64,000 nt of DNA from an uncultured Bacillota bacterium (GCA_946495675.1 CAMMDQ010000003.1:67023-131022), one strand, 5' to 3'; positions 19,409 through 31,018 are shown, counted from the stretch's first letter. Made by a program: numbers and translations. Notes: generated by a model not told the origin, from the letters alone.

Positions 19409-19935
19409 AAAAACTTCTGCTGCATTCATGTTGCGGACCTTGCTCAACACAAGTTATTGACTTTCTGAAAAATGATTATGATATAACAATATATTATTAT
19501 AACCCGAATATAGACACCGATGAAGAATACCAGCATAGACTCAGTGAGCAAAAACGCTATTGTCAAATCGTGGGCGTTCCGGTCATTGAAGATGGTTATA
19601 ACAGTGGCGATTTTCTTGAAAAAGTCAAAGGCTTTGAAAATGAAAGGGAGGGTGGTGCAAGATGTCCAATTTGTTTCAAATTAAGGCTGCAAAAAACTGC
19701 ACAAAAAGCAAAAACTCTTGGCTTTGACATTTTTGGAACAACACTCACAGTTTCTCCACACAAAAACGCAGAAATCATCAATGCAATAGGCAAAAGCGTT
19801 GGCTTTGATGAAGAGATTGAATTTTTAGAGGGGAATTATAAAAAACAAGATGGCTATAAGAAAAGCATTGAATTTTCAAAAAAATATAATCTTTACAGAC
19901 AGACATATTGCGGTTGTAAATTTTCAAGAAGATAA
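19405..19935 (+). CDS. queH: Epoxyqueuosine reductase QueH
   Basis: LLHSCCGPCS, YNPNI, RCPICF, YRQTYCGC. Confidence 0.93.
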   Translation: MKKLLLHSCCGPCSTQVIDFLKNDYDITIYYYNPNIDTDEEYQHRLSEQKRYCQIVGVPVIEDGYNSGDFLEKVKGFENEREGGARCPICFKLRLQKTAQKAKTLGFDIFGTTLTVSPHKNAEIINAIGKSVGFDEEIEFLEGNYKKQDGYKKSIEFSKKYNLYRQTYCGCKFSRR

Positions 19936-20003
19936 AAAAGTTGACTAAAATGCTTGGAAGAATTGGATAAAATATAGTAAAATATCCCACAAGGTGCAAA
20001 AAA

Positions 20004-20861
20004 TTGAGATTTCATTTTGACGAAAATAAAAAATATTTGTATTTTGAAGATGAAAGATGTGAAAAACTCACTCGAAAGTGTTTGAAAACGATTTACATCT
20101 GTTTTTCTGTTGCAGCATTTATCACAATCGCTTTATATATCTGGTTTTTTTCTGGCTATTATTTTATGACCATCTCTGGCAGATCAATGCAGTCAACGAT
20201 CAATCCAGATATCACTTTGCAAACCCAGTCGCAAGATTGTGCCATAGTTGACAAAGATGAGCCTTACACTTATGGAGATATTATTATCATCAACCACCCA
20301 GAGCATATTGAAGGCGAAACGATAATTAAAAGAGTTTTGGCTTTTGAAGGGGACAAAATTTCAATCATAAAAACAACAGGAGAAGATGGATTTTATTTTT
20401 ATCATCTTTTAAGAATAAAAGACGGCAGCCTAACCATTGAAGTGGTGCAAGAAGATTATATTTACCAAACAAACGGCATACCAGGATGGGAAAGAGAACC
20501 ATCTTATCCTTACAACAATGTGCTTTATGAAAAACAATTTTTTGATGCATACTTGAATCCTGTTGGCAGATTTTATCAAGCCGACCAGGTGGAAGAAATT
20601 GTCTTTGGCAGTCAAACAGTTTTATTTTATGAAGTGGGCGAAGGACAGATCTTCTATATGGGAGACAATCGAGCAAACAGTTCTGACGCAAGATATTTTG
20701 GGCCGGTCAATGCTGAAGAGATGGTTGTTGGCAAGGTGGTCAAACTTATAGAAAACGGCTCATACTCACAACTATTCTTCGTTCGAGGATATTATCAACT
20801 TAAAGGACTTTTTGAATACTTTATGCCAAAACTTCTTGATTATTTTGCCTGGACATACTAA
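20004..20861 (+). CDS. lepB: Signal peptidase I
   Basis: TM helix, SGRSM (catalytic Ser), IIKRV (Lys), MGDNRANSSDAR; exact start uncertain. Confidence 0.9.
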   Translation: MRFHFDENKKYLYFEDERCEKLTRKCLKTIYICFSVAAFITIALYIWFFSGYYFMTISGRSMQSTINPDITLQTQSQDCAIVDKDEPYTYGDIIIINHPEHIEGETIIKRVLAFEGDKISIIKTTGEDGFYFYHLLRIKDGSLTIEVVQEDYIYQTNGIPGWEREPSYPYNNVLYEKQFFDAYLNPVGRFYQADQVEEIVFGSQTVLFYEVGEGQIFYMGDNRANSSDARYFGPVNAEEMVVGKVVKLIENGSYSQLFFVRGYYQLKGLFEYFMPKLLDYFAWTY

Positions 20862-20943
20862 AATCGTTTGGATTTTTGGCTTAAATGTGCTAAAATAAAG
20901 CTAAGGTTAACACCTAAAAAAATAAAAAAGGAGAGATTGATAG

Positions 20944-21216
20944 ATGAACAAACAACAATTTATCAAAGCATTTGCAGAAAAAGCAAATTTCACTCAAAAA
21001 GATGCAGGAATTGCTTTTGACGCTATGGCATCAACTGTTATTGATGCACTCAAATCAGGAGAAAAAATCCAAATCGCAGGGTTCGGAACTTACGAACTTA
21101 AAAAACGTCCTGCAAGAGAAGGTATCAACCCTTCAACAAAACAAAAGGTTAAAATCCCAGCACAAAAAGTGCCTTCTTTCAAGTTTGGAAACAGCTTTAA
21201 AGGACTTTTCAACTAA
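20944..21216 (+). CDS. hup: DNA-binding protein HU
   Basis: MNKQQFI, GFGTYE, RPAREGINPST. Confidence 0.97.
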   Translation: MNKQQFIKAFAEKANFTQKDAGIAFDAMASTVIDALKSGEKIQIAGFGTYELKKRPAREGINPSTKQKVKIPAQKVPSFKFGNSFKGLFN

Positions 21217-21280
21217 GATAAACAAAACAAGCTTGCCAACAGTGCAAGCTTTTTTTATGCCATTTTGATTTTTTGATTTC

Positions 21281-21310
21281 ACATATTTTTTTTGCCTTTG
21301 AGTCATACTA
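21281..21310 (+). promoter_or_regulatory. Putative sigmaG promoter of the germinant receptor operon
   Basis: ACATA-18-CATACTA. Confidence 0.55.
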
Positions 21311-21330
21311 CTATCGAAAAAGGCGGAAAG

Positions 21331-22752
21331 ATGAAACAAAATGTTGAAAAATTTATTGAAAAACTAAAATCGCAGTTTCATGATGACAGCGACTTTGCAA
21401 GCCGCCTGTTTGTTTGTTCAAATGGCAAAATTGGATTTGTTTTTCTAAAGAGCATGTCTGATCCTGTTTTGTTTTCTCAAAGCATATATCTCCCTATTCA
21501 AAACTTTGAAGGGGAAATAAACAAACAACTGCTTATAGACAAAATCTTAAAAAACAACGGTGTTGAAAGCATTGAAGAAGAGAAAATCTTTGCTGACATT
21601 CTTGATGGGAAGGTTATTGTCTTTTCAGACTTTTTTGACGGCTTTATTTCTGTTGATATAACTAAATATCCTACCAGAACGCCTAGCGAGCCGCCAACTT
21701 CGCCAGTCATTCAAGGTCCAAGAGAGGGATTTGTCGAAGACTTTAAAACCAACATGACTTTACTAAGACGGCGAATTCACTCAAAAGATTTGGTTTTTAA
21801 AACACTGATTGTTGGGCAGCACACTCAAACAAAAGTTATCCTTTCTTACATTCATGGCGTTGCAGACAAAAGAGTGATAAAAGAGGTTGAAGAAAAAATC
21901 AAAAATATCAAGATTGATGGAGTGATTGATTCTTATTACATTTTATCATATCTTGAAAAACGACCGAATTCGCTTTTTAAGCAGATTGGAAATTCTGAGA
22001 AACCTGATGTCGTGGTTTCAAAAATGCTGGAAGGCAAAGTGGCAATCATTGTGGATAATTCGCCAATAGTTTTGACTGTGCCTTTTATTTTGATGGAAGA
22101 TATGCAGTCAAGCAACGATTATTATACAAATCATCATTATGCTTCAGTCGTGCGATTTATCAGAATGTGTGGGCTTTTGATCGCCATTGTTGCACCGGGT
22201 TTTTATCTTGCACTTCAGCTTTTCCATTATAATATTTTGCCGTTAAATTTTTTGATAACCATTGCTGACACAACACAAGGGCTGCCATTTACTCCATTTT
22301 TAGAAATTTTGTTTATATTTTTGCTGTTTCAAATTCTGTATGAAGTCAGTTTGCGTCTTCCAAGTTACTTAGGGCTTGCCACAAGTGTGGTTGGAGCTCT
22401 TATTTTGGGTGATACCGGAGTTAAAGCTGGGCTCATCTCTCCGCCAGGAGTGATCATCACTGCACTGGCAAAAATTGCTCTTTACACTGTGCCCGAGCAG
22501 CAATCACAAATCACTGTTTTGCAAATTGTTTTTATCATTCTTGGCGGCTCACTTGGCGTGCTTGGCATTATCACAGGATTTGTTTATGTAGTCAATTATC
22601 TCAACACTCTTGACGACTACAAAACGCCTTATCTTGCTCCTTATGCTCCGAGAGTTAAGGAAGATTTGGCTGATGCACTGCTTAAGTCTTCAATAAACGA
22701 TCATCACGCTCCGCCAAAATCCTTCCCCACAGGCAAAGGAGGGGCGAAATGA
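21331..22752 (+). CDS. Spore germination receptor, GerA subunit
   Basis: GPREGFVE, SEKPDVV, EGKVAIIVDNSP, PYLAPYAP. Confidence 0.93.
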   Translation: MKQNVEKFIEKLKSQFHDDSDFASRLFVCSNGKIGFVFLKSMSDPVLFSQSIYLPIQNFEGEINKQLLIDKILKNNGVESIEEEKIFADILDGKVIVFSDFFDGFISVDITKYPTRTPSEPPTSPVIQGPREGFVEDFKTNMTLLRRRIHSKDLVFKTLIVGQHTQTKVILSYIHGVADKRVIKEVEEKIKNIKIDGVIDSYYILSYLEKRPNSLFKQIGNSEKPDVVVSKMLEGKVAIIVDNSPIVLTVPFILMEDMQSSNDYYTNHHYASVVRFIRMCGLLIAIVAPGFYLALQLFHYNILPLNFLITIADTTQGLPFTPFLEILFIFLLFQILYEVSLRLPSYLGLATSVVGALILGDTGVKAGLISPPGVIITALAKIALYTVPEQQSQITVLQIVFIILGGSLGVLGIITGFVYVVNYLNTLDDYKTPYLAPYAPRVKEDLADALLKSSINDHHAPPKSFPTGKGGAK

Positions 22753-23837
22753 AAACAATCAGTGCAAGACAAACGGGAATCATCGTTTTTTTGACCATTT
22801 TGGCAAATAAAATTTTGGTTTTGCCTTCTGTTATGTATGAGCAATCCAAAGCAGATTCAATCTTTGCTCTTATTGCCATTTTCAGCTTTGAACTTTTGGT
22901 TTTGACAATTTTTTTGCAGGTAAAAAAAGCTCACCCAGACCAGAATTTAAAAGAGATCTTAAAACAAAAGGTGGGAGCTGTTGTTGCCAAAATTGTGATT
23001 TTTGCTTTCCTCGTCTTTTTTCTGTTTAAAACCATGCTCACATATTCAGTGCTTTATATTTATTTAAAAGACCTTGTTTATCAAGACGAATTTGGTTTTT
23101 TGGCTCTTGTATGTCTTTTTCCCGTTGTAAATCATGCAGTTGTTTGTGGCTTAAGGGCAATGGGGCGCACTTTTGAGCTGTTCTATTATATAGTTTTAGT
23201 TGGAGTGCTTTTCTGTCTTGGTATTGCTTTTTTTACAGATATATCAATGCCAAATTTCTTTGTTGCTTCCCCAACTGAGATTTTAAATTCTGGTTTTACT
23301 CATATTTTTGCCTTTGGCGACTATCTGGCATTATTTTTGTTTATTGACAAAATCAAACTTAGAAAAGGGGAAGGGAAAAAGATATTTTTCTTTGCTTTTG
23401 TTGGCATTTTTCTTGTGCTGTCAATCTTTGTGGTTTTTTATTCAAAATATCAGGTTACTGCTTTCATGCACAACAATGCTTTGGCAGATTTATTGATATT
23501 TTCTGTTCAATTCAATGCGATTGGCAGGCTTGATATTATCGCAATGTTGACAATCATGACACTGGGGCTGTTTCAACTTGAAATTTTTCAAGCAGCTTTT
23601 TGCGAAAGCTTTGTGCAAGTTTTCGAAAAATTATCTATCAAATATGCCGTTGCGGTGTTTGATGTTTTGTTTTTCGTCATTTATCTTGTAATCATCAAAA
23701 AATATGAAATAATGCTTAGTTTTGCAACCGATTATCTTATATATTTGGCCATTTTGACAAATGTGGTCTTGCCAATTTTAATCTATGCTTTAGGGCATAA
23801 GCATAAAAAGGAGCTAAGCAATGAAAAAAGTGATTAA
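22749..23837 (+). CDS. Spore germination receptor, GerB (APC-fold) subunit
   Basis: Multi-TM protein, ISARQ start, GRLD motif; overlaps GerA and GerC. Confidence 0.88.
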   Translation: MKTISARQTGIIVFLTILANKILVLPSVMYEQSKADSIFALIAIFSFELLVLTIFLQVKKAHPDQNLKEILKQKVGAVVAKIVIFAFLVFFLFKTMLTYSVLYIYLKDLVYQDEFGFLALVCLFPVVNHAVVCGLRAMGRTFELFYYIVLVGVLFCLGIAFFTDISMPNFFVASPTEILNSGFTHIFAFGDYLALFLFIDKIKLRKGEGKKIFFFAFVGIFLVLSIFVVFYSKYQVTAFMHNNALADLLIFSVQFNAIGRLDIIAMLTIMTLGLFQLEIFQAAFCESFVQVFEKLSIKYAVAVFDVLFFVIYLVIIKKYEIMLSFATDYLIYLAILTNVVLPILIYALGHKHKKELSNEKSD

Positions 23838-25170
23838 TGCAATAAAAAAATATCCTTTTATTTTGATTTTAGTGCTAATTTTGGTTGTTTTTACGCCTTA
23901 TTCATTGTTTTCACCAGGGCAGAGCCGTAAAAGAGCTGTCGTTATTGCAATCGGTCTTGATAAAATTGAAAATGAATACGAAATTTCTTTTTTAACATTT
24001 ATTCCTTCGCCAAATCAAGAATTTCAGCAATCAAATTCAGTTGTTTCTGGCAAAGGCTCATCAGTTTCTGAAGCTGTGCTAGATGCACAGCTGACTCTTG
24101 GCAAAGACATTGGTCTTTCACATGCAAAAACAACTGTTGTCAATGAAAGGATGCTTGAAGAAGACATTTCTTCTTCACTTGACTATTTAATGCGAGTTGT
24201 TTCTTTGCCAGAAAACACTGTTTTCGTATGCACAAACACTACTGCTAAAGAATTATTGATGGCAACCGACTCGCTTGAGCAAAATCTAGGTTTAAAGCTT
24301 GATCAGTTGGTGTCTTACAACGCAAACGAAGTTTATATCACAGACACTTCTCTTGAAGCTTTTTATAAAGGCTATTACAGCCCAACCAAATCATCATTGA
24401 TTGGTTATATCGAACATGTCAAAGAGGACGGCTCTCAATCAGAGCAAGGAGGAGGACAAAATCAGTCGGGCTCGCAAAGCTCTGGATGTTCTCAAGAAAC
24501 CTCACAAAGCACATCTTCTCAAGGCGGACAACAGGGAGGGGCTGGCTCTTCAGAACAAAATTCATCAGCTGGAAGCTCAGGGCAGAGCGAAAATGAAAAA
24601 CAGCGAGGATCACTGCAGGGGCAAAGCCAAATTTTAAACAAGGGTGATGCTGTCTTGCTGCGTGATGGACAAAAGGTGGCCCTTCTTGATGTTGACAATC
24701 TTAACAGTATAAATTTGCTTAGCACAAAAAGGTCTCTCGACAGCATTACAATATCTGACGTGCAAACTGAAGATGAAAAAAATGTTGATATGACCTTTTT
24801 GGTGAAGAACAAAGTGGTTTCGATCAAGACCGATTTTCAAAACAATATTCCGCTTTTTGTTGCAAACATAAATCTTGGAGTGCAGCTAAGCGAAATTGAC
24901 ACCAAGGCTCAAAAGGTCAAACAGAATGTTCAAAACACTCAAATCACTGAAGAAATCGCAAAAAAACTTGAGCAGAAAATCAAGTCAGAGTTTTCGCAGA
25001 TGCTGCAAATCATACGAGAAAATAAGGCTGATGTTATAGGGGTATATGACTCGTTTTTTACCCATAATCGAAAAGAATTTTTAAAGTTTTTGTCTTCCTT
25101 AGATGACAGAGAAAACTTTTTAAATCATGTGGTTTTTATGCTTAACCTAAAAATTCAGCAGGATGGCTGA
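23821..25170 (+). CDS. Spore germination receptor, GerC subunit
   Basis: RAVVIAIGLDK, GKGSSVSEA, ADVIG; third gene of the operon. Confidence 0.85.
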   Translation: MKKVINAIKKYPFILILVLILVVFTPYSLFSPGQSRKRAVVIAIGLDKIENEYEISFLTFIPSPNQEFQQSNSVVSGKGSSVSEAVLDAQLTLGKDIGLSHAKTTVVNERMLEEDISSSLDYLMRVVSLPENTVFVCTNTTAKELLMATDSLEQNLGLKLDQLVSYNANEVYITDTSLEAFYKGYYSPTKSSLIGYIEHVKEDGSQSEQGGGQNQSGSQSSGCSQETSQSTSSQGGQQGGAGSSEQNSSAGSSGQSENEKQRGSLQGQSQILNKGDAVLLRDGQKVALLDVDNLNSINLLSTKRSLDSITISDVQTEDEKNVDMTFLVKNKVVSIKTDFQNNIPLFVANINLGVQLSEIDTKAQKVKQNVQNTQITEEIAKKLEQKIKSEFSQMLQIIRENKADVIGVYDSFFTHNRKEFLKFLSSLDDRENFLNHVVFMLNLKIQQDG

Positions 25171-25300
25171 AAATCTTGTCAGGTTATGTCTGCTGCAAAA
25201 AAATGTTAAAAAAACTTGAAAAAAATCCTTCTATTATTTGTGTAAAAATAATTTTTATGATAGAATACAATATGATTAATTATGATAGGAGGCAAACACT

Positions 25301-27550
25301 TTGAACGAGACAAATAATCAAAAACCAAAGTTTAGATATTCATATCTATTTTTGTTGCTGATTGCAATAATATTGATAATTCTTATTTTCACAAACACAG
25401 GCTACTCGGGACAAAAACTTGAAAACTTTAATGATGTTTACGAGCTTGTTGATGGCACATATGTTGATTCAACCAGTGGCGAGGCACAGCAAGCTGTGGC
25501 GATGTATCGAACTGATGATACCATCTATTTTTTGGTAGAGGGGTCAAGATATGCAGATGCTTTTCCTGATTATAGCGATTATTATATCAACTATAAGTAT
25601 TACGACGGGCAAATTGAAAGACTACTAGCTTATATCGATGAAAACGACATTCAAATAAAGGATATACCTTCAGTTGCTGGAGTAAATTTCTGGGATATTT
25701 TGTATCCAATCCTTTACCTTGGTTTTGGAATATTTATCATTTGGATGATTTTCAGACTTATCAATTCTTCAAATAAAGGAGCGATGAGTTTTGGCAAAAG
25801 CAAAGCAAGATCTTATCAAAACAATCCTGTCAGATTCTCAGATGTTGCTGGTGCGGATGAAGAAAAAGAAGAGCTTGCTGAAATTGTTGAATTCTTAAAA
25901 AATCCATCAAATTTCACACAGCTTGGGGCAAGAATACCAAAAGGAGTGCTGCTTGTTGGGCCTCCTGGAACAGGAAAAACTTTGCTGGCACGAGCTGTTG
26001 CTGGTGAGGCAAATGTTCCATTCGTATTTATCAGCGGTTCTGATTTTGTTGAAATGTTTGTGGGCGTTGGTGCTTCAAGAGTGAGAGATCTTTTTGACCA
26101 AGCCAAGAAAAATAAACCTTGCATTGTTTTTATTGATGAAATTGATGCTGTTGGTCGCCAGCGTGGTGCCGGTCTTGGTGGCGGAAATGATGAAAGAGAG
26201 CAAACCCTCAATCAACTTCTTGTTGAAATGGATGGTTTTGAGCCAAATGAAGGGATAATCGTTTTGGCAGCAACCAACCGTGCGGATGTTCTTGATCCAG
26301 CACTTTTGAGGCCTGGCAGGTTTGACAGACAGGTGTACGTCAATGTTCCAGATGTTCGTGGCAGAGAAGGAATTTTGAAAATTCATGCTCGCAACAAGCC
26401 GCTTGATGACAATGTTGATTTCAAAGTTCTTGCAAAAATAACAGTTGGCTTTACTGGTGCAGATATTGAAAACATGCTCAATGAAGCTGCAATCCTGGCG
26501 GCAAGAGCGGGCAGACCAAAAATCACAATGACAGACATTCAAGAAGGCATCAACAAAGTTACTATGGGACCTCAAAAGAAGAGCAGAATGGTTACCGAAA
26601 AAGACAGGCAGATCACAGCTTATCACGAGTCCGGGCATGCCATTCTTGGCAAGATGCTTAAGCACACTGATGAAATTCAAGAAGTTTCAATCATTCCTCG
26701 AGGAATGGCTGGAGGCTACACAATGCAGCGTCCAGAAAATGACAACTCATTTATATCATACAATCATTTGATGGATGAAATTGCAATGTGTATGGGCGGA
26801 AGAATTGCTGAAGAAATTGTATTCAAAGATATCACAACAGGTGCTTCAAGTGATATAAATCAAGCAACAAAACTTGCTCACAAAATGGTATACAACTGGG
26901 GTATGAGCAAAAATCTTGGATTTCTTGGTTTATCAAATGATCAACAAGTGTTTATTGGCAGAGATTATCAAACACGCTCAGATTTTTCTGAAAAACTTGC
27001 AGCAGAAGCAGATGATGAAATCAGGCAAATTTTGGATTATAACTATAAAAGAGCCAAGAAAATTCTTTCTGACAACAGAAATCTTCTTGACCAAATGGCA
27101 AAACTTTTGCTTAGTCATGAAACGATCAATAAAGATGAGATTGATTTGCTTATGCAAGGCAAAACAGCTGAAGAAGTTGCGCAGATCATGGACATAAGAG
27201 AGATGGAGCAACGCAAGAAGGAAGAGGAGTATCGCAAACAGCTTGAAAAAGAAAGAAAAGCAAAAGCTATTGAAGAGAAATTGAAAGAAGGACAAAAACT
27301 TTTGCAGAGTGGTGTTATCACCCAAGAAGAATATGATATGATCAAAAAAACATATTCAAAACAAGAAGATAATGCGATCACAAAAAACGCAAAAACACTT
27401 GACAAAAGTGAGCAAGAAAAGGATAATGTGAAAGAGAAGACGGCTCAAAAGAAAAATGATTCTTCTGAAATTGAAGAAAAAGCCAAAAAGACCGTCAAGA
27501 ACAAAGAAACCGACAAAAAATCGGGGAAAGATAGTGATAAAAAAGACTGA
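25301..27550 (+). CDS. ftsH: ATP-dependent zinc metalloprotease FtsH
   Basis: Two TM helices, [27 protein letters not shown]; TTG start after AGGAGG. Confidence 0.98.
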   Translation: MNETNNQKPKFRYSYLFLLLIAIILIILIFTNTGYSGQKLENFNDVYELVDGTYVDSTSGEAQQAVAMYRTDDTIYFLVEGSRYADAFPDYSDYYINYKYYDGQIERLLAYIDENDIQIKDIPSVAGVNFWDILYPILYLGFGIFIIWMIFRLINSSNKGAMSFGKSKARSYQNNPVRFSDVAGADEEKEELAEIVEFLKNPSNFTQLGARIPKGVLLVGPPGTGKTLLARAVAGEANVPFVFISGSDFVEMFVGVGASRVRDLFDQAKKNKPCIVFIDEIDAVGRQRGAGLGGGNDEREQTLNQLLVEMDGFEPNEGIIVLAATNRADVLDPALLRPGRFDRQVYVNVPDVRGREGILKIHARNKPLDDNVDFKVLAKITVGFTGADIENMLNEAAILAARAGRPKITMTDIQEGINKVTMGPQKKSRMVTEKDRQITAYHESGHAILGKMLKHTDEIQEVSIIPRGMAGGYTMQRPENDNSFISYNHLMDEIAMCMGGRIAEEIVFKDITTGASSDINQATKLAHKMVYNWGMSKNLGFLGLSNDQQVFIGRDYQTRSDFSEKLAAEADDEIRQILDYNYKRAKKILSDNRNLLDQMAKLLLSHETINKDEIDLLMQGKTAEEVAQIMDIREMEQRKKEEEYRKQLEKERKAKAIEEKLKEGQKLLQSGVITQEEYDMIKKTYSKQEDNAITKNAKTLDKSEQEKDNVKEKTAQKKNDSSEIEEKAKKTVKNKETDKKSGKDSDKKD

Positions 27551-27563
27551 TTAAGGAGCTTTC

Positions 27564-28229
27564 ATGGCAGAGACAAAACAAGTTAAAGCTATTGATGATA
27601 TTTATGTGGCAAAAGTGCGAAAGAGAAGAATTATTGTAAATTCGATAATTCTTTCGCTCTGCCTTTTGCTTGCCAGTGCTATAATTATTTTAGCAGTTTT
27701 GCGAATTGACTTAAAACCAAGATTTGACGCAACCCCTGATTATGTCTATATCAAAGTTGACACAAACAGCGAGGAAAAAAATTTTGCAAAGAGTGATGAA
27801 ATTTACAGCCAATTTATGAATGTTTACAACAATTCGCTCAGCACTTCAGTTTTAACTTCAATTTTTACGGGCAATGTTTATGGCTATGTTGTTCAGTGGT
27901 CAGATAATTCCTTCTATCAAACATATTCAAATGGTGTTGGACGGGGAATGAGCAGTTCTCTTTCAACAAGTTTAGGTTCAAATTACGTTCACTTCTATTT
28001 CACTCAACCACAAAGCATATACCTTTCAAATGGTGAAATTTTGGACGGAAGATATGATGGGAAAGAGATAACTTATCATGACTGTTATTTCTCAATCTCT
28101 AGTGACGAAAACCTGGCTCAAGTGGATTTCTACTTTGGAGTTCTTGATTACAAATCTGCTCCCATAACAGTTAAAATTTCAGTAGAAGCACAATCCTTTG
28201 AGTTATATGAGTTTGCTCAAGATTTATAA
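27564..28229 (+). CDS. Hypothetical membrane-anchored protein
   Basis: AAGGAG RBS, single N-terminal TM helix. Confidence 0.8.
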   Translation: MAETKQVKAIDDIYVAKVRKRRIIVNSIILSLCLLLASAIIILAVLRIDLKPRFDATPDYVYIKVDTNSEEKNFAKSDEIYSQFMNVYNNSLSTSVLTSIFTGNVYGYVVQWSDNSFYQTYSNGVGRGMSSSLSTSLGSNYVHFYFTQPQSIYLSNGEILDGRYDGKEITYHDCYFSISSDENLAQVDFYFGVLDYKSAPITVKISVEAQSFELYEFAQDL

Positions 28230-28260
28230 AAAAACTGCACTTAAATAGTGCAGTTTTTTT
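28228..28260. terminator. Bidirectional intrinsic terminator
   Basis: AAAAAACTGCACT...AGTGCAGTTTTTT. Confidence 0.85.
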
Positions 28261-28278
28261 GTATTAATTTTTTTGTAA

Positions 28279-30885
28279 TCAGCCGTTTTCAATATCATCG
28301 CGTTGCAAAAGTTTTATGATTTTATCTCGCAAAATCTCTATTCGTTTTTTGTTGAGCTTTATTAAGATTATAATTATTATTGAAACAAGCATGATTGCAA
28401 AGAATGTCATCAAAACGGTAAATGTTGATTCTGTGATTGAAAACAGCTTTGGTATTGCACAGACTAGTGCAGTGACTCCAACAAAGGAAATTCCCATCGC
28501 AAAACCTCGCACAAGTGTGAGTGGAATGCAAAGAGTTACAAGATTTAGGAAACCAGTGTATGTGAGAACCAATACGCAAAGTGTTTTGTATTCAGTTGCT
28601 GACATAACAATGTCACCCTGAGTGTAAAACAAAATCATTACAATAAAAATGTTTAGTAGCATCAAAAGTGCTCGTGGCACAGCTCGTTTGAACACCTGTG
28701 GAATAAAATTGCCGACAATCTTTTTTGTGTTTGGCTCAAAAGTGAGCACAAATGAAGGGATTCCAATCACAAATGATTCAAGCAGAAGCATATCTTTTGG
28801 TGTAAAAGGGTAGGATAGTTGAAGGAATAGAGTGATCACAGTCAGCACAATTGCAAACAGGGTTTTCATCAAGAAGACTGATGACGAGTTTTGCACATTG
28901 TTTATCACTTGCCGTCCTTCTTTGACAACATTTGGAAGAGATGAGAAATTCGATTTTAAAAGCACTAGTTTGGATATGTTTCTTGCAACTTCACTGCCAT
29001 CAGCCATGGCGATTGAGCAATCAGCTTCTTTTAGAGCCAAAGTGTCGTTGACACCATCACCAGTCATTGCGACCACTTTCCCTTTGTTTTTCAAAGCCTT
29101 GATTATAGTGTATTTTTGTTCTGGTGTAACTCTGCCAAAAACAGTAAATTTATCAGCCATTTGCTCAACTTCCTTTGTAGAAAGTCCTTCAAGCGAGACA
29201 TATTTGTCGCTGTTTTCAACACCCACTCTCTGAGCAATTTTTGAAACCGTTGCTGGCGAGTCGCCGGAAATGATTTTTATTTCAACTCCATTGTCTTTAA
29301 ACCACTGAATTGTTTCAATTGCATCTTCTCGTATATGCTCTTCAATTATGATAAACGCAAGAAGTGTTGATTTTTCGCCAGTGACATTTTTGCTAAATTC
29401 GCCTTCATATTCACTGAGTGCAATCACACGCAGGCCTTTGTTTTGACATTCTTCAATCAGCTGTGTTTGCTGTTCATTAAGAGAGCAACCAATTTTTGTT
29501 ACAGCCCCAAGAAAATATATTTTTTTACTTTCAAATTGAGTTACAGAATACTTTCGTTCAGAGGAGAATTCAAGCACATTTTTAACTTTCCATTCGCCAT
29601 TTTTACCAAATTCTTCTATCATTGCATTTGATGTTGAATTGGATGTTTTTTGTGCATTTAATATATTTGACAAAATCTTTTTTATTGAAGATGTTCTTCT
29701 TTTTGAAAATGTGATAAAATCAACAACTTTCATCGTTCCATCTGTGATGGTGCCTGTTTTGTCAAGGCATAAAACATTTGTTCTTGCAAGCATCTCAATA
29801 GAATACAGGTCTCGCACTAAAGTGTTTTTCTTTGCCAGTTTGACAACACCAACTGCAAGAGCAATAGTTATGAGCAAAAACATTCCAGCAGGGATCATGC
29901 TCGTCAAGGCCCCAGATGTATTTGTAATTTGCTGCTCAATTGTGCTGTCCAAAGAATATTCCTTCAAAAAAGTTAAGATCCCGATTGGCACAAGTGCAAT
30001 GCCGATATATTTGATCAATCTGTTCAAATCTTTAAACAGGTTTGAAGCTGGAGCTTTAAATTCCTTTGCTTTTTGGGCCATCTGTTCAATATAATTGTCT
30101 TTTCCAACTCGATCAACTTTTGCATAACACTGACCAGAGACTATAAAACTGCCAGAAAACAGGTGAGCATCCTTGTTTTTTTCTATAGAATTTGACTCGC
30201 CAGTCAACAGACTTTCATTGACTTCAACGGTTCCATCCAAAATGATGCAATCTGTTGGGATTTGGTTGCCGCTCTCAAGAATGATAATGTCATCTAAAAC
30301 AAGTTTATCGGCACTGATGAGAATTGTTTTTCCATTTCGCAGTGTTTTGATTTGTGGGAGAGTGATCATGGAAAGTTTTTCAACAGCAATTTTTGCTCGA
30401 ATCTCTTGAATTATTGCAATAGCGGTGTTTGCCACAATTACAAACAAAAATAGGAGGTCGCTGTATGAGCCAACGCACAACAGAGCGATCGCAATAAGCA
30501 GCCATAACATATTGAAAAAGGTAAAAATATTTTTAACAAAAATTGACAGATAGGTTTTTGAAGCTTTGACTTTTGTGTGGTTTGTCAATTTGTCTTGCTC
30601 TCGGCTTTTGACTTCGTCATCGCTCAACCCTTGATCTACACTTGGATTAAATCTTATGATCGGTTTTTGAATGACATTTTTTTTCTTGAAAAACACTCTT
30701 GTTATTCTTTCAAACATTGAGGGAGTCTCTTTATTTTGCAAGCGTCGAAATTTAAGAATATCAACCTTTGCCCTTGCAAGTTTTGATTGTGATTTTAATA
30801 AATTTTTGCTTTCACGAAAAATGCTGGCAGTTTTTGGCTGCCAAGATGTGATTTTATTATCTTTTTTTTCGTTTACAGTTTTCAT
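28279..30885 (-). CDS. Cation-transporting P-type ATPase (CtpE-like)
   Basis: ESLLTGES, DKTGT, ISGD, TGDGVND. Confidence 0.95.
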   Translation of the reverse strand: MKTVNEKKDNKITSWQPKTASIFRESKNLLKSQSKLARAKVDILKFRRLQNKETPSMFERITRVFFKKKNVIQKPIIRFNPSVDQGLSDDEVKSREQDKLTNHTKVKASKTYLSIFVKNIFTFFNMLWLLIAIALLCVGSYSDLLFLFVIVANTAIAIIQEIRAKIAVEKLSMITLPQIKTLRNGKTILISADKLVLDDIIILESGNQIPTDCIILDGTVEVNESLLTGESNSIEKNKDAHLFSGSFIVSGQCYAKVDRVGKDNYIEQMAQKAKEFKAPASNLFKDLNRLIKYIGIALVPIGILTFLKEYSLDSTIEQQITNTSGALTSMIPAGMFLLITIALAVGVVKLAKKNTLVRDLYSIEMLARTNVLCLDKTGTITDGTMKVVDFITFSKRRTSSIKKILSNILNAQKTSNSTSNAMIEEFGKNGEWKVKNVLEFSSERKYSVTQFESKKIYFLGAVTKIGCSLNEQQTQLIEECQNKGLRVIALSEYEGEFSKNVTGEKSTLLAFIIIEEHIREDAIETIQWFKDNGVEIKIISGDSPATVSKIAQRVGVENSDKYVSLEGLSTKEVEQMADKFTVFGRVTPEQKYTIIKALKNKGKVVAMTGDGVNDTLALKEADCSIAMADGSEVARNISKLVLLKSNFSSLPNVVKEGRQVINNVQNSSSVFLMKTLFAIVLTVITLFLQLSYPFTPKDMLLLESFVIGIPSFVLTFEPNTKKIVGNFIPQVFKRAVPRALLMLLNIFIVMILFYTQGDIVMSATEYKTLCVLVLTYTGFLNLVTLCIPLTLVRGFAMGISFVGVTALVCAIPKLFSITESTFTVLMTFFAIMLVSIIIIILIKLNKKRIEILRDKIIKLLQRDDIENG

Positions 30886-31018
30886 ATAATCCTTTATAAA
30901 ATATGATAAATTCTATATTTTGATTATATAATTCTTACCTAAAAATGTCAACTTTATTTGCAATAGATTTGACTTTTGTGCTCTAAAACATTTATTATAA
31001 AGATAAGGAGAAATTGCC

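Noticed and set aside
20004-20861. Signal peptidase as a dedicated TraF-like pilin-processing enzyme
   Set aside because: Motifs fit an ordinary SPase I, and it is not co-transcribed with the pilins.
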